Notes: generated by a model not told the origin, from the sequence alone. Counted from the first letter of the stretch, positions 30,301 through 39,220 are shown. The stretch: DNA of 64,000 nucleotides from a bacterium (GCA_009772925.1 WOUQ01000004.1:18592-82591); one strand, 5' to 3'. Numbers and translations are program-made.

Positions 30301-30912
30301 TCAACGGAACTCGAGCATCTCCGTCAGCGGCAGGCGTTGCTTCTCGCCCGCGGGGTGGGCGCAGTAGCCCAGCGGCAGCACCAGCACCGGCTGGCTGATG
30401 CGGGCATCGATGTCGAGCACGCGGCAGAGTTCGCCGGGGATGAAGCCGCCGATGGCGCAGGAATCAACACCGATGCCGGCGGCGGCGGTCATCATGTTGG
30501 CGGCGGCGATGTGGCACTGGGCGGCGCTCCAGGTGGGCACATCGGTGGCGGCGTGGAATTCACGGTAATTCCGGAGGGCACCCTGCAGCGCCTCGGCCTG
30601 CGGATACTCGCGCGCCATGAGCCGGCGCACATAGGGGGAATCGGGGTGCAGTTCGGCGAGGCGGGCAAGGATCACCACCACCACGCTGGCGGAGCCCACC
30701 TGCGCTTGTCCGAAACACGCCGCCTGCAGCGCCTGTTTGTCGGCGGCCTGCTCGCAGACGATGAATCTCCACTGTTCGAGCCCGAAGGAGGAGGGGGAAA
30801 GACGGCCGGCCTCGAGGATGAATTCCAGGTCCTCGCGCGGCAATGGGCGGTCCGGCAGGAACTGATGACAGGCGTGGCGTCGCAGGAATATTTGCAGCAG
30901 TTCGTTTCTCAT
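30301..30912 (-). CDS. Nitroreductase-family (NAD(P)H-flavin) oxidoreductase
   Basis: ORF 30301-31269 trimmed to ATG 30912 (MRNELLQIFLRRHACHQF). 203 aa, typical nitroreductase fold sequence. Confidence 0.82.
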   Translation of the reverse strand: MRNELLQIFLRRHACHQFLPDRPLPREDLEFILEAGRLSPSSFGLEQWRFIVCEQAADKQALQAACFGQAQVGSASVVVVILARLAELHPDSPYVRRLMAREYPQAEALQGALRNYREFHAATDVPTWSAAQCHIAAANMMTAAAGIGVDSCAIGGFIPGELCRVLDIDARISQPVLVLPLGYCAHPAGEKQRLPLTEMLEFR

Positions 30913-30972
30913 ACTGGCGGCTCGTTGAAAACCACGGCATTCTAGCCATTCGTTCGCGGTTGGATATCCCCC

Positions 30973-31386
30973 ATGTGGCGATTGCCCAAGCCCAAATTCA
31001 AGGTTCTCATGTACGGACCGGATCTGCCGTCCGGCGGCGTGCCGGGCTTCGCGCATTTCGAGCCGGGGATTCTGGTGCTGGAGGGCAGGGGCTACTGGTT
31101 TACCGTGCAATTCTCCCAGGTCAGCCTGGATACCGGCGGCTACGACGGTCGCCAGTGGATGATCGCCTGGAAGTCCGACGCCGGCCCCATGAAGGCGTTG
31201 CTGCAGGGCGGCGATGCCATCGATCTGTTCATCAAGTATGCGCCGCCCGAGCTCGCCGGGCAGTTGCATCTGGCCCGACGCGCGCGCTGGTCGGGCCAGG
31301 CGGGCAAGTGGCTGGGCGCGGCGATCCTGCTGATCCTGCTGGCTTTGCTGGCCGCCAGCCTGTTCTGGGCGACTCCGCTGCGTTGA
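30973..31386 (+). CDS. Hypothetical protein with a C-terminal TM anchor
   Basis: 137-aa ORF with one predicted C-terminal helix (WLGAAILLILLALLAASLFW). No family recognised. Confidence 0.5.
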   Translation: MWRLPKPKFKVLMYGPDLPSGGVPGFAHFEPGILVLEGRGYWFTVQFSQVSLDTGGYDGRQWMIAWKSDAGPMKALLQGGDAIDLFIKYAPPELAGQLHLARRARWSGQAGKWLGAAILLILLALLAASLFWATPLR

Positions 31387-31415
31387 ACCCAGCTTCCTCC
31401 AACTGCGCGCGGAGA

Positions 31416-31431
31416 AGTGAAACAGATCACA
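31416..31431 (+). promoter_or_regulatory. CRP-type box AGTGA-N6-TCACA upstream of the CRP-family regulator gene
   Basis: 15/16 match to TGTGA-N6-TCACA. A -10-like TACACT lies 22-27 nt downstream, which is class-II spacing. Confidence 0.55.
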
Positions 31432-31484
31432 GAGCCTGACGCCTGGGCTTCATACACTGGTGCCATTTTCCACCCGCGCGAAGC

Positions 31485-32288
31485 ATGCGAGCCATGGCAC
31501 CCAAGTCCTCCGGTTCCGGCAAAATAGATGGCACCGACCCCAACACGGGCAAGGAATCAGCCACTCCCTCAACCCTGGGAACCCTCGCCACAGCCATGGA
31601 TATCGCCGAACTGCGCAAACGTAGCGTGATTTTTTCCGCCCTCGACGAGGAGGAGGCTGCCACCGTCATGAAGATGGCCCGCATGGTGCAGCATCCGGCG
31701 CGCCACACGGTGTTCCAGGAGGGCGAACCCGGCGACCACCTGCTGGTGGTGATGCAGGGCCGGGTCAAGGTCAGCCTGGTTTCTCAGGACGGCAAGGAGG
31801 CGATCCTCAGTATCCTCGAGCCCGGCGATGTCTTCGGGGAAATGGCCCTGCTCGATGGTGAGGCGCGCAGCGCCTCGGTCACCACCATGGAGCCTTGCAG
31901 TTTCCTGGTGCTGTGGCGGCGTGATTTCCTGCCTTTCCTGGAGCGTAACCCGCGCGCCGCCCTCAAGCTTCTCGCGGCCTTGTCCAAGCGCCTGCGCGCC
32001 ACCAACGACATGGTGGGCAATCTCAGCTTCCTCAACCTGCCCGCCCGCCTGGCGCGCATCCTCATCAATTTGGGCCAGCAGTACGGCAAGCTGACCGCGG
32101 AAGGCATCGCCATTGGCCTCAAGCTCTCGCAGGAGGAGCTCGGCAACCTGGTCGGGGTGTCGCGGGAAAGCGTCAACCGGCAGGTGCGGCATTGGGTGGA
32201 GGCCGGGGTGCTGGATTACACGCATGGCACCATCGTCCTGAAAAACTCCGACCTGCTGTTCCGCGAGGCCCTGAACTCCGAACGCTGA
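31485..32288 (+). CDS. CRP/FNR-family transcriptional regulator, CRP subtype (cNMP-binding)
   Basis: cNMP-binding domain (FGEMALLDGEARSASV, retaining the Glu and Arg-Ser of CRP). HTH recognition helix SRESVNRQV with the CRP-like R-E...R pattern. Alternative start ATG 31596 gives a canonical 230 aa. Confidence 0.88.
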   Translation: MRAMAPKSSGSGKIDGTDPNTGKESATPSTLGTLATAMDIAELRKRSVIFSALDEEEAATVMKMARMVQHPARHTVFQEGEPGDHLLVVMQGRVKVSLVSQDGKEAILSILEPGDVFGEMALLDGEARSASVTTMEPCSFLVLWRRDFLPFLERNPRAALKLLAALSKRLRATNDMVGNLSFLNLPARLARILINLGQQYGKLTAEGIAIGLKLSQEELGNLVGVSRESVNRQVRHWVEAGVLDYTHGTIVLKNSDLLFREALNSER

Positions 32289-32289
32289 A

Positions 32290-32318
32290 ATAAAAAGAGC
32301 CCTTCTCGCGAAGGGCTC
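32290..32318 (-). terminator. Rho-independent terminator between convergent genes
   Basis: GAGCCCTTC-tcgc-GAAGGGCTC hairpin. The U-tract is on the minus-strand side (AAAAA at 32292-32296). Confidence 0.7.
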
Positions 32319-32337
32319 CGGGCGGGACAAGTGGGGC

Positions 32338-33756
32338 TTACTTGGGGGAAACACCGAGCGCCTTGACGGTCTCGATATTCAGGTAGCCGTCCTGGGCAAT
32401 GCCCTTGGCTTTCTGATAATCGGCTACCGCCTTCATGGTGGCGTTGTCGAGTTGTCCGGCGACGCCCGGGGTGAAGCCGGCGGCCTTCAGCGCGGCCTGG
32501 ATTTCCGCGATCTTGGCGGGCGTGGCGTTCACGTCGCAGAGCACGGAAGTCCAGTATTCCTGCACCGGGCAAACCATGACTTCCTGGGGAACGTCGGCGT
32601 ACTCGGCCGCGATCGGCACGCGCACTTCCTTCGCCGCCGCCACCAGCTTGGTCACCTCGCGTTCGGCATACTCGGCGGGAATGGGAATGCGCTTCTCGGT
32701 GGCGGGGGTGACCACGGTCATGATTTCGCGTTCGTAGTTCACGGGCACCACCTTGGTCACCGTGGCGGCCGGCTTGATCAGCTTCTTCACTTCCCGTTCG
32801 ACGTATTCCGCGGGGACCTGCACGGTGCGAGTGGCGGCCGGGGTCTTCAGCACGGTCTTCTTGACGGTCTGGTACTCCGCCGGAATGTCCTCGTAGCGCA
32901 CGCTGGCCGGGGACTTCAGCACCTGGCGGGTGAAGGTCTGATACTCGGCGGGGACTTCGACCAGACACATGATCTCGCCGGTGGACGCGTCGATCCGCTG
33001 GATGTTGGTCTGGGTGCCCGGCTTCCAGGTGGTGTAGGCCTCACGCACCAGCTTCTTCTCGGAAACGGTCTCGTAGACGGCTGGGACCTCGATGGCCTTG
33101 CGGCTGGCGGGCTTCACCATCAGTTTTTCCTCGACCTCCTCGTACACAGCGGGCACCGGCTCGAGGCGAGTGCTGGCTTCCTTGGCGAGGACGCGCTCCT
33201 TGACGGTCTCATAGACGGCGGGCACCACCTCCTGAACTTCTTCGCTTTGCACATGCACCTTCACCGCCTTGTAAACGGGCGGCACGATCTCGATGCGCTC
33301 GCTGGCTTCCTTCACCAGCACGCGCTCCTTCACCGTCTCGTACTTGGCGGGGACGGATTCCACGCGTTCGCTGGCTTCCCTTACCAGCTTGCGCACTTTC
33401 TCGGTGCGGAACTGCGCGGGGCGGACCACCTTGGCGTAGCACTCGCCGGCCTTCGCGTTCATCGGTGTCTTGTCGCCCAACAAGGTGCCCGGCGGCAGCG
33501 GGCAGGGCACTGGCTTGGCCGCGGTTTTGGCGGCCGGCGCGGGTTTTTTGTCCTCGACGCAGCCCGGATCCAGCAGGGCGCGGCCGGGGCAACCGATGGT
33601 GCGGTACAGCTCGAAGCCGGTGGTGTTGCCGACCTGATTGCCACTGGCCTTGTTCTCGGGGTCATAGAACTTGGACTGCGCCAGGGCAGAGCTTGCCAGC
33701 GCGGCGGAGCCGATGGCGAGCAGGGCAATGTTCAGGGTCTTAAGCGAAAACGTCAT
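32338..33756 (-). CDS. Secreted repeat protein with a C-terminal peptidoglycan-binding (PG_binding_1-like) domain
   Basis: 472 aa with a signal peptide (ALASSALAQS). About 12 tandem degenerate 19-25-aa units, VPAxYETVxExVLVKEASxR. The C-terminus ALKAAGF...DGYLNIETVKALGV resembles PG_binding_1. Confidence 0.8.
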   Translation of the reverse strand: MTFSLKTLNIALLAIGSAALASSALAQSKFYDPENKASGNQVGNTTGFELYRTIGCPGRALLDPGCVEDKKPAPAAKTAAKPVPCPLPPGTLLGDKTPMNAKAGECYAKVVRPAQFRTEKVRKLVREASERVESVPAKYETVKERVLVKEASERIEIVPPVYKAVKVHVQSEEVQEVVPAVYETVKERVLAKEASTRLEPVPAVYEEVEEKLMVKPASRKAIEVPAVYETVSEKKLVREAYTTWKPGTQTNIQRIDASTGEIMCLVEVPAEYQTFTRQVLKSPASVRYEDIPAEYQTVKKTVLKTPAATRTVQVPAEYVEREVKKLIKPAATVTKVVPVNYEREIMTVVTPATEKRIPIPAEYAEREVTKLVAAAKEVRVPIAAEYADVPQEVMVCPVQEYWTSVLCDVNATPAKIAEIQAALKAAGFTPGVAGQLDNATMKAVADYQKAKGIAQDGYLNIETVKALGVSPK

Positions 33757-33921
33757 GGTGAGCTCCTAGGACGAGTGGGTGAAACGAAACGATCCGGGTG
33801 ATCTCCGGCCTGTCTTGCTCGCCGGGCATGGCGAAACGCCGGAACCACACTGGTAAAGGTGGTGGCTGGTGCATGTTGGGCCATGTATGTTAGCACCGTA
33901 GCGTATCGGTGCTTGCATGAC

Positions 33922-33937
33922 TGTGAGGCTGTTCACA
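33922..33937 (-). promoter_or_regulatory. Perfect CRP box TGTGA-N6-TCACA upstream of the repeat-protein gene
   Basis: tgtgaggctgttcaca, a 16/16 palindromic consensus. It sits in the 209-nt gap, centred about 173 nt upstream of ATG 33756. Confidence 0.6.
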
Positions 33938-33964
33938 AAGCCCAAAAAACACACCAACCTACGC

Positions 33965-34552
33965 TCAGCGCCGCCTGAACCAGCCCGTCAGGCTCAGCCG
34001 TTCGCGGCGGGCGGGCAGCACCTCGTGCCAGAAGCGGTTGGACAGGAAGGCGACCAGGGTGCCACCGGCCGGCACGATCTCCAGGGGTTCGCCATCCGCC
34101 TCGGGCCAGAAGCGCAGCAGGCCACCGTCTTCCCGGTTCCAGTCCTCGTTGAGGTAGAGAATGACGGTGAGAGTGCGGCGGTCGTCGTCGCGGAAACGGT
34201 CCAGGTGACGCTGGTAACCGCTCCCCGGGGGATACACGGCGAAGTGCAGTTCCACGTCGAACAGCCCCAGGAAGAGGGCCAGGTTTGCCGCCTGGCGCAG
34301 GGCTTCGAGCCTGGCCAAGGCGTCTTGCAGAGCCGGGCCGGCACGGCTTTCGTCCACCCAGAGGATGTGGTCGCCACGGATTTCCGAACGCACCGCGGCG
34401 TTGCCCCTGCCCACGCCGGCGGCATGGAAACCGCCGGCCGCGAAGGCCTGCCGGCACTCCCCGCGCAGCGCCCCGGCATCCGCGGCGCTCAGGAACCCGG
34501 GCGCCACACACCAGCCCGGCCCGGCCAGGCCGGCAACGATCGAATCGAGCAC
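33965..34552 (-). CDS. 2OG-Fe(II) oxygenase, prolyl-4-hydroxylase/PHD-like (SM-20-related)
   Basis: The track ORF 33965-35368 runs on through the upstream gene. Trimmed to GTG 34552, 5 nt after the upstream stop. HxD (HLDRF), distal His (HEVLP) and 2OG-binding Arg (RLSLTGWF). Confidence 0.78.
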   Translation of the reverse strand: MLDSIVAGLAGPGWCVAPGFLSAADAGALRGECRQAFAAGGFHAAGVGRGNAAVRSEIRGDHILWVDESRAGPALQDALARLEALRQAANLALFLGLFDVELHFAVYPPGSGYQRHLDRFRDDDRRTLTVILYLNEDWNREDGGLLRFWPEADGEPLEIVPAGGTLVAFLSNRFWHEVLPARRERLSLTGWFRRR

Positions 34553-34557
34553 CGCGC

Positions 34558-36045
34558 TCAGTATTTCACCCGTACCCGCCAGGCCAGGGTGGTCTTGCCG
34601 TCGGCAGGCACCGGAACATTCCAGACGGCGGTGCGGGCGGAATCCTTCTTGTGCGGGTGGCTTTCCTGCAGCATCTGCCATTCGCCGGGGATGCTTTCCA
34701 GCACGGTGACTACCACCTTCTCGCTCTTGGCATTGCGGATTTCCAGCTGGTAGGTGGTCTCGATGACGCCACCCCGGGCATTGAAACCGGCGGCGGCGAT
34801 TCTCTGGAAGTCCACCTGCTTCTTGTCGGCGGTAATGTCGAAAGCCTCGCCCAGCTTGAGCTTGACGGTCTCGCCCTTGGCGGTGTGCTCGATGCGGTCT
34901 TCGCCGATGAATTGGGCGCGGCCAGCGCTGTCCTTCTTGTAGACCCGCACGATGCCCTTGGGCAGCGGCACGCCCAGGCCGGCACCTTCGCCTTTCTCGG
35001 ACTTGTTGGTGAACTCCATGAAGACGCCGGGTTTGAGTTTCTTGCCCAGGTCGCCTTGCTGGCTGGTGTAGTACCAGTCCCCCCCGGCCAGCCGGAATTC
35101 CTTGTCCACCGCCACCTTCTGCGCGGAGAGCAGGGCGACCTGCTTGGTCTGCCGGTCCTGCAGGGTGGTGAGCCGATCCAGGGTGTAGAGGTGGTATTCG
35201 AACAGGCCCTCTTCCTGCATGGCCGGCGCGGCATCGGCCATGGCCATGGCTTTCGCCATCATGGGCATTGGCCGGCGCTCGGGCTGGGCCCGGTTCACCT
35301 CGCCGGCGATGAGTTGCAGGCGGGCATTGGGGTAGGCGGTGCCGCTGGTGTTGGTGAGGGTGACCCAAGCGTTGAGGTCGATGTGCTCCTCCTTGTTGGA
35401 GAGTTCGGCCACGTAGTCCGCCTTCCAGGTCAGGCCCTGGGTCAGGTAGGTGAGCTCCATGTCCTGATCCACGGTGGCTTTGGAACCGGCGAAGAAGGGG
35501 GCGGTCACCTCGGTCCTGAACAGCATGGACAGGGTGGGACGGTCGCGCAGATGGGCCGGCACGCCGGGGAAGGCCAGGCGGCCTGGATTCGGCAGGGCGG
35601 TCTCCACCCGGTCGCTGAATTTCAGCACCGCGCCTTCATTGGCCGCCAGCACGGTGGCGTATTCGCTGATTTCGACGCCGGTGATGGGCTGGTTGCGGAT
35701 GACCCGCACCTGGGCGCCGACGGATTCCTCCAGCAGCTTCTGGGGGGTGAGCAGATCGAAGTCGAAGTTCTGCTCGTACAGGATGAGCTTGCGCCCGTCC
35801 AGGGAACGCAGCAGCGCGGTCTCCGGCTGCATGCGGGCGGAAACGTCGCGCCAGGCCAGCAGGTTGTCGCCGTTGGTCACTTTCACCTTGCGGGCATCCT
35901 TTACCAGGGCCAGGTCGCCATTGTAGATGGTGACCGCCAGGCCAATCTGCTCGCTGGCATTGCTCTGCCGCTCCTCGGCGGCCTGGATGGCGCCGGCCGC
36001 CATCAGGGCGAGGGCCAGCAGACTTCCCTTGAAGGTCGTTTTCAT
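34558..36045 (-). CDS. Secreted DUF4139-family protein
   Basis: 495 aa with a signal peptide (ALMAAGAIQAAE) and DUF4140/DUF4139-like sequence (VTIYNGDLALVKD..., LLSAQKV...). Confidence 0.8.
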   Translation of the reverse strand: MKTTFKGSLLALALMAAGAIQAAEERQSNASEQIGLAVTIYNGDLALVKDARKVKVTNGDNLLAWRDVSARMQPETALLRSLDGRKLILYEQNFDFDLLTPQKLLEESVGAQVRVIRNQPITGVEISEYATVLAANEGAVLKFSDRVETALPNPGRLAFPGVPAHLRDRPTLSMLFRTEVTAPFFAGSKATVDQDMELTYLTQGLTWKADYVAELSNKEEHIDLNAWVTLTNTSGTAYPNARLQLIAGEVNRAQPERRPMPMMAKAMAMADAAPAMQEEGLFEYHLYTLDRLTTLQDRQTKQVALLSAQKVAVDKEFRLAGGDWYYTSQQGDLGKKLKPGVFMEFTNKSEKGEGAGLGVPLPKGIVRVYKKDSAGRAQFIGEDRIEHTAKGETVKLKLGEAFDITADKKQVDFQRIAAAGFNARGGVIETTYQLEIRNAKSEKVVVTVLESIPGEWQMLQESHPHKKDSARTAVWNVPVPADGKTTLAWRVRVKY

Positions 36046-36209
36046 CGAATGACTCCATGCGGACAGGTGTCCGTCTCAGTTGAACCCGGGCTCCGGTTTC
36101 CAGATCGTGACCCGGCCGACCATGCGGTGGGGGGTGTTCTGGAGTCGGTCAGCCCCGAGGGAGGATGGCCAAACCGGATAGAATTGCCCGAATTTTATCC
36201 CGAGCCATC

Positions 36210-36989
36210 ATGACTCCCGTTCTCGTCTTTGACATCGAAACCATTCCCGACATCGCCGGGTTGCGCCGCCTCCACAACGTGGGGGACGAGGCCAGCGACC
36301 ACGAGGTGGCGGAGATGGCCTTCCTCCTGCGCCGCCAACAGACCGGCGGCTCCGATTTCATGCCCCATTACCTGCAACGGGTGGTGACCATTTCTTGCAC
36401 CCTGCGGGAGGGCGACCGCTTCCGGGTGTTCTCCCTGTCCGAGCCGGAGGCCACGGAAGGCCAGATCATCCAGCGCTTCTTCGACGGCATCGAGAAATAC
36501 ACGCCCCAGCTGGTGAGCTGGAACGGCGGCGGCTTCGACCTGCCGGTGCTGCACTACCGGGCCATGCTGCACGGTGTCACTGCGCCCAAGTACTGGGACT
36601 GGGGCGATGATGACCGTGATTTCAAATACAACAATTACCTGAACCGCTATCACACCCGCCACCTCGACCTGATGGATGTGCTGGCCATGTATTCCGGTCG
36701 CGCCAACGCGCCCCTGGACCAGCTGGCCAAGCTCTACGGCTTTCCCGGCAAGCTGGGCATGGACGGTTCCGAGGTCTGGCCCGCGTACCAGCGCGGCGAG
36801 GTCAATGCGATCCGCGATTACTGCGAGACCGATGTGGTGAATACCTGGCTGGTCTACCTGCGTTTCCGGAAAATGCGCGGGGAACTCACCGCCGAGCAGT
36901 ACGAGCGGGAAATCGCCCTGGTGCGCTCCAGCCTGGAGGAAATCGGCGCCGAGCACTGGTTCGAGTTCCTGGAGGCCTGGGCAGCATGA
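36210..36989 (+). CDS. Stand-alone 3'-5' exonuclease related to the PolB exonuclease domain
   Basis: Start trimmed to ATG 36210. Exo I FDIET, Exo [12 protein letters not shown] and Exo III YCETDV are all present. Confidence 0.82.
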   Translation: MTPVLVFDIETIPDIAGLRRLHNVGDEASDHEVAEMAFLLRRQQTGGSDFMPHYLQRVVTISCTLREGDRFRVFSLSEPEATEGQIIQRFFDGIEKYTPQLVSWNGGGFDLPVLHYRAMLHGVTAPKYWDWGDDDRDFKYNNYLNRYHTRHLDLMDVLAMYSGRANAPLDQLAKLYGFPGKLGMDGSEVWPAYQRGEVNAIRDYCETDVVNTWLVYLRFRKMRGELTAEQYEREIALVRSSLEEIGAEHWFEFLEAWAA

Positions 36990-38305
36990 GGACACCAACG
37001 GAGAACCCGACGCCCATCGCCATCGAATCCCTGGACCACGAGGGTCGCGGCGTGGGCCGCTTCGAGGGCAAGACCATTTTCGTGGACGGGGCGCTCACCG
37101 GCGAAATCGTCCACTACGCCAGCTACCGCAAGAAGCCCCATTTCGAGCAGGCCCAGACCACCCGCATTCTCAAGGCCAGCCCTTTCCGGGTGACGCCCGC
37201 CTGCCGCTGGTTCGGCATCTGCGGCGGCTGCAGCCACCAGCATCTGGACGAAGCCGCCCAGGTGGCGGCGAAGCAGCGGGTGCTGGAGGATTGCTTCGCC
37301 CACATCGGCAAGGTGATGCCGGAAAGCATCCTGCCTCCCATCCACGGCCAGACCTGGGGCTACCGCACCCGTGCCCGCCTGTCGGTGCGCAACGTGCCCA
37401 AGAAGGGCGGCGTGCTGGTGGGCTTCCACGAGCGGCGCAGCAGCTACGTGGCCGACATGGACAGTTGCGAGGTGCTGCCGGCGCGCATCTCCGCTCTGCT
37501 GCCCAGGCTGCGGCATCTGGTGGAGCAGCTTTCCATCCGCGATCGCCTGCCCCAGATCGAGCTGGCCACCGGCGAGGCGGTGGACGTCCTGGTGCTGCGG
37601 GTGCTGGAGCCACCCACCCCGGAGGACGAGGCAAAACTGAAGACCTTCGCCGACGCCCATCACGTCCAGTTCTGGCTGCAACCCAAGGGCCCGGACACCG
37701 CCCATCCCTTGCATCCCCTGGACGCGCCGGAGTTGGCCTACAGCCTGCCGGAGTTCAACCTGGTGATGCCATTCAAGCCCACGGAATTCACCCAGGTGAA
37801 CCACGGCATCAACCGCATGCTCATCCGCCGCGCCATGCGTCTGCTGGATCCTCGGCCCGGCGAGCGCATCGCCGATTTCTTCTGCGGTCTGGGCAACTTC
37901 AGCCTGCCCATTGCCCGGCGCGGCGCCACCGTGGTCGGCATCGAGGGTAGCAAGGGCCTGGTGGAGCGGGCCGCGGGAAACGCCGCGCGCAACGGCCTGA
38001 GTCTGCTCACCGAGTTCCGCGTCGCCGACCTGTTCCTGATGACCCCGGAGGCCTACGTGGCCCTGGGCGCCTTTGACAAGCTACTCATCGACCCGCCCCG
38101 GGACGGCGCCATCGAACTGGTGAAATCGTTGCCGGACGCCGGGTCGCCCGGGCGTATCGTCTACGTCTCGTGCAGTCCCGCCACCCTGGCCCGGGATGCC
38201 GCCTTGCTGGTGCACCAGAAGGGCTACCGGCTGGTGTCGGCGGGGGTGGCGAATATGTTCCCGCATACCGCCCATGTGGAGTCCATCGCGCTGTTCGAGC
38301 GCTGA
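36986..38305 (+). CDS. rlmD: 23S rRNA (uracil1939-C5)-methyltransferase
   Basis: 439 aa. TRAM domain, Fe-S cysteines ([10 protein letters not shown]), SAM motif DFFCGLGNF, catalytic VSCSPATL. Confidence 0.93.
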   Translation: MRTPTENPTPIAIESLDHEGRGVGRFEGKTIFVDGALTGEIVHYASYRKKPHFEQAQTTRILKASPFRVTPACRWFGICGGCSHQHLDEAAQVAAKQRVLEDCFAHIGKVMPESILPPIHGQTWGYRTRARLSVRNVPKKGGVLVGFHERRSSYVADMDSCEVLPARISALLPRLRHLVEQLSIRDRLPQIELATGEAVDVLVLRVLEPPTPEDEAKLKTFADAHHVQFWLQPKGPDTAHPLHPLDAPELAYSLPEFNLVMPFKPTEFTQVNHGINRMLIRRAMRLLDPRPGERIADFFCGLGNFSLPIARRGATVVGIEGSKGLVERAAGNAARNGLSLLTEFRVADLFLMTPEAYVALGAFDKLLIDPPRDGAIELVKSLPDAGSPGRIVYVSCSPATLARDAALLVHQKGYRLVSAGVANMFPHTAHVESIALFER

Positions 38306-38312
38306 GGCCACG

Positions 38313-39191
38313 TTACTGGACCAGTGCGTTGGCGATCACCGCCAGTGCCGCCGGGTGGGTGATGTGGCGCTCGCCGGTGATCGCGTAGAACGCGTCCTGG
38401 ATGTCCTCCACCAGGCCGACCCGCCGCACGCCGAATTGCGCCTCGATGGCTTCGCCCAGCACGGCCGGCGCCGGGAAGTAGCCGCCGCCGGCCTGACCGA
38501 AGGCCATCATGAGGGCGCCGTCGTCGAATTCCCCCACCACCCGGGGAGCCAGGCGCTGCTTCTCCAGCCAGGCTTCGATGCGGGGGCGGGTGGTGGCGTC
38601 GTCGCCCGGCAGCAACAGGGGCGCGCCGTTCAGACAGGCGGGGAAATCGGCGCAGGCGTCCGCCAGCGCGGGCGCGGCGAAGAAGGCCAGGGCGCATTCC
38701 CCGAGTTTGTGGCTGTAGCCGCGCACGTTGATGTGGGCGGGCAGGGGACGGTCGGCCAGCACCATGTCCAGGCGGTGCAGGGCCAGTTCCGCCAGCAGCC
38801 GGTCCAGCTTGCCTTCCCGGCAAACCAGGCGCACCGGTTCCACCAACCCGGTGCTCGGGGAGAGCAGCTGGTAGGCGAGGGATTTCGGCATGACGTCGGT
38901 GATGCCGACGCGGAAGGGCAGGAAAGGCGCGCCCTGGTGGCTGGCCAGGGCAGACTTGAGCGCGTCGCCCAGAGCAAAGATCTCGTCGGCGTAGCCCAAA
39001 GCCAGGCGGCCCGCCTCGGTGAGTTCCAGGCCCCGACCGGCGGGCCGCAACAGCGGGGAGCCGAGTTGCTCTTCGAGCAGCTTGATCTGGGCGCTCACGG
39101 TCTGCGGCGTCAGGTTGAGGCGTTCGCTGGCCCGCGCCACCCCGCCGCTGCGGGCGACAGTCCAGAAGTAGTACAGGTGCTTGAAATTCAC
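38313..39191 (-). CDS. LysR-family transcriptional regulator (NhaR-like)
   Basis: 292 aa with a GTG start. N-terminal wHTH FKHLYYFWTVARSGGVARASERLNLTPQTVSAQI. Confidence 0.9.
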   Translation of the reverse strand: MNFKHLYYFWTVARSGGVARASERLNLTPQTVSAQIKLLEEQLGSPLLRPAGRGLELTEAGRLALGYADEIFALGDALKSALASHQGAPFLPFRVGITDVMPKSLAYQLLSPSTGLVEPVRLVCREGKLDRLLAELALHRLDMVLADRPLPAHINVRGYSHKLGECALAFFAAPALADACADFPACLNGAPLLLPGDDATTRPRIEAWLEKQRLAPRVVGEFDDGALMMAFGQAGGGYFPAPAVLGEAIEAQFGVRRVGLVEDIQDAFYAITGERHITHPAALAVIANALVQ

Positions 39192-39203
39192 GGTGTCGAC
39201 ACT

Positions 39204-39220
39204 ATTCGTAATATACGAAT
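39204..39220. promoter_or_regulatory. Perfect palindrome ATTCGTA-ATA-TACGAAT (contains T-N11-A) in the LysR/htpX divergent spacer
   Basis: 7-bp arms with a 3-nt spacer, 13 nt upstream of the LysR GTG, inside an AT-rich 114-nt intergenic region. A partial copy (ATATTCGA) lies at 39233-39240. Confidence 0.55.

Noticed and set aside
33766-33957. 63-aa ORF filling the gap between the 2OG oxygenase and repeat-protein genes, considered as a possible Cys-containing small secreted peptide.
   Set aside because: It has no RBS, no family resemblance and a weak N-terminal hydrophobic stretch. It spans the CRP box and the predicted promoter and leader, so it is more plausibly non-coding. It would only merit revisiting if Ribo-seq shows translation.
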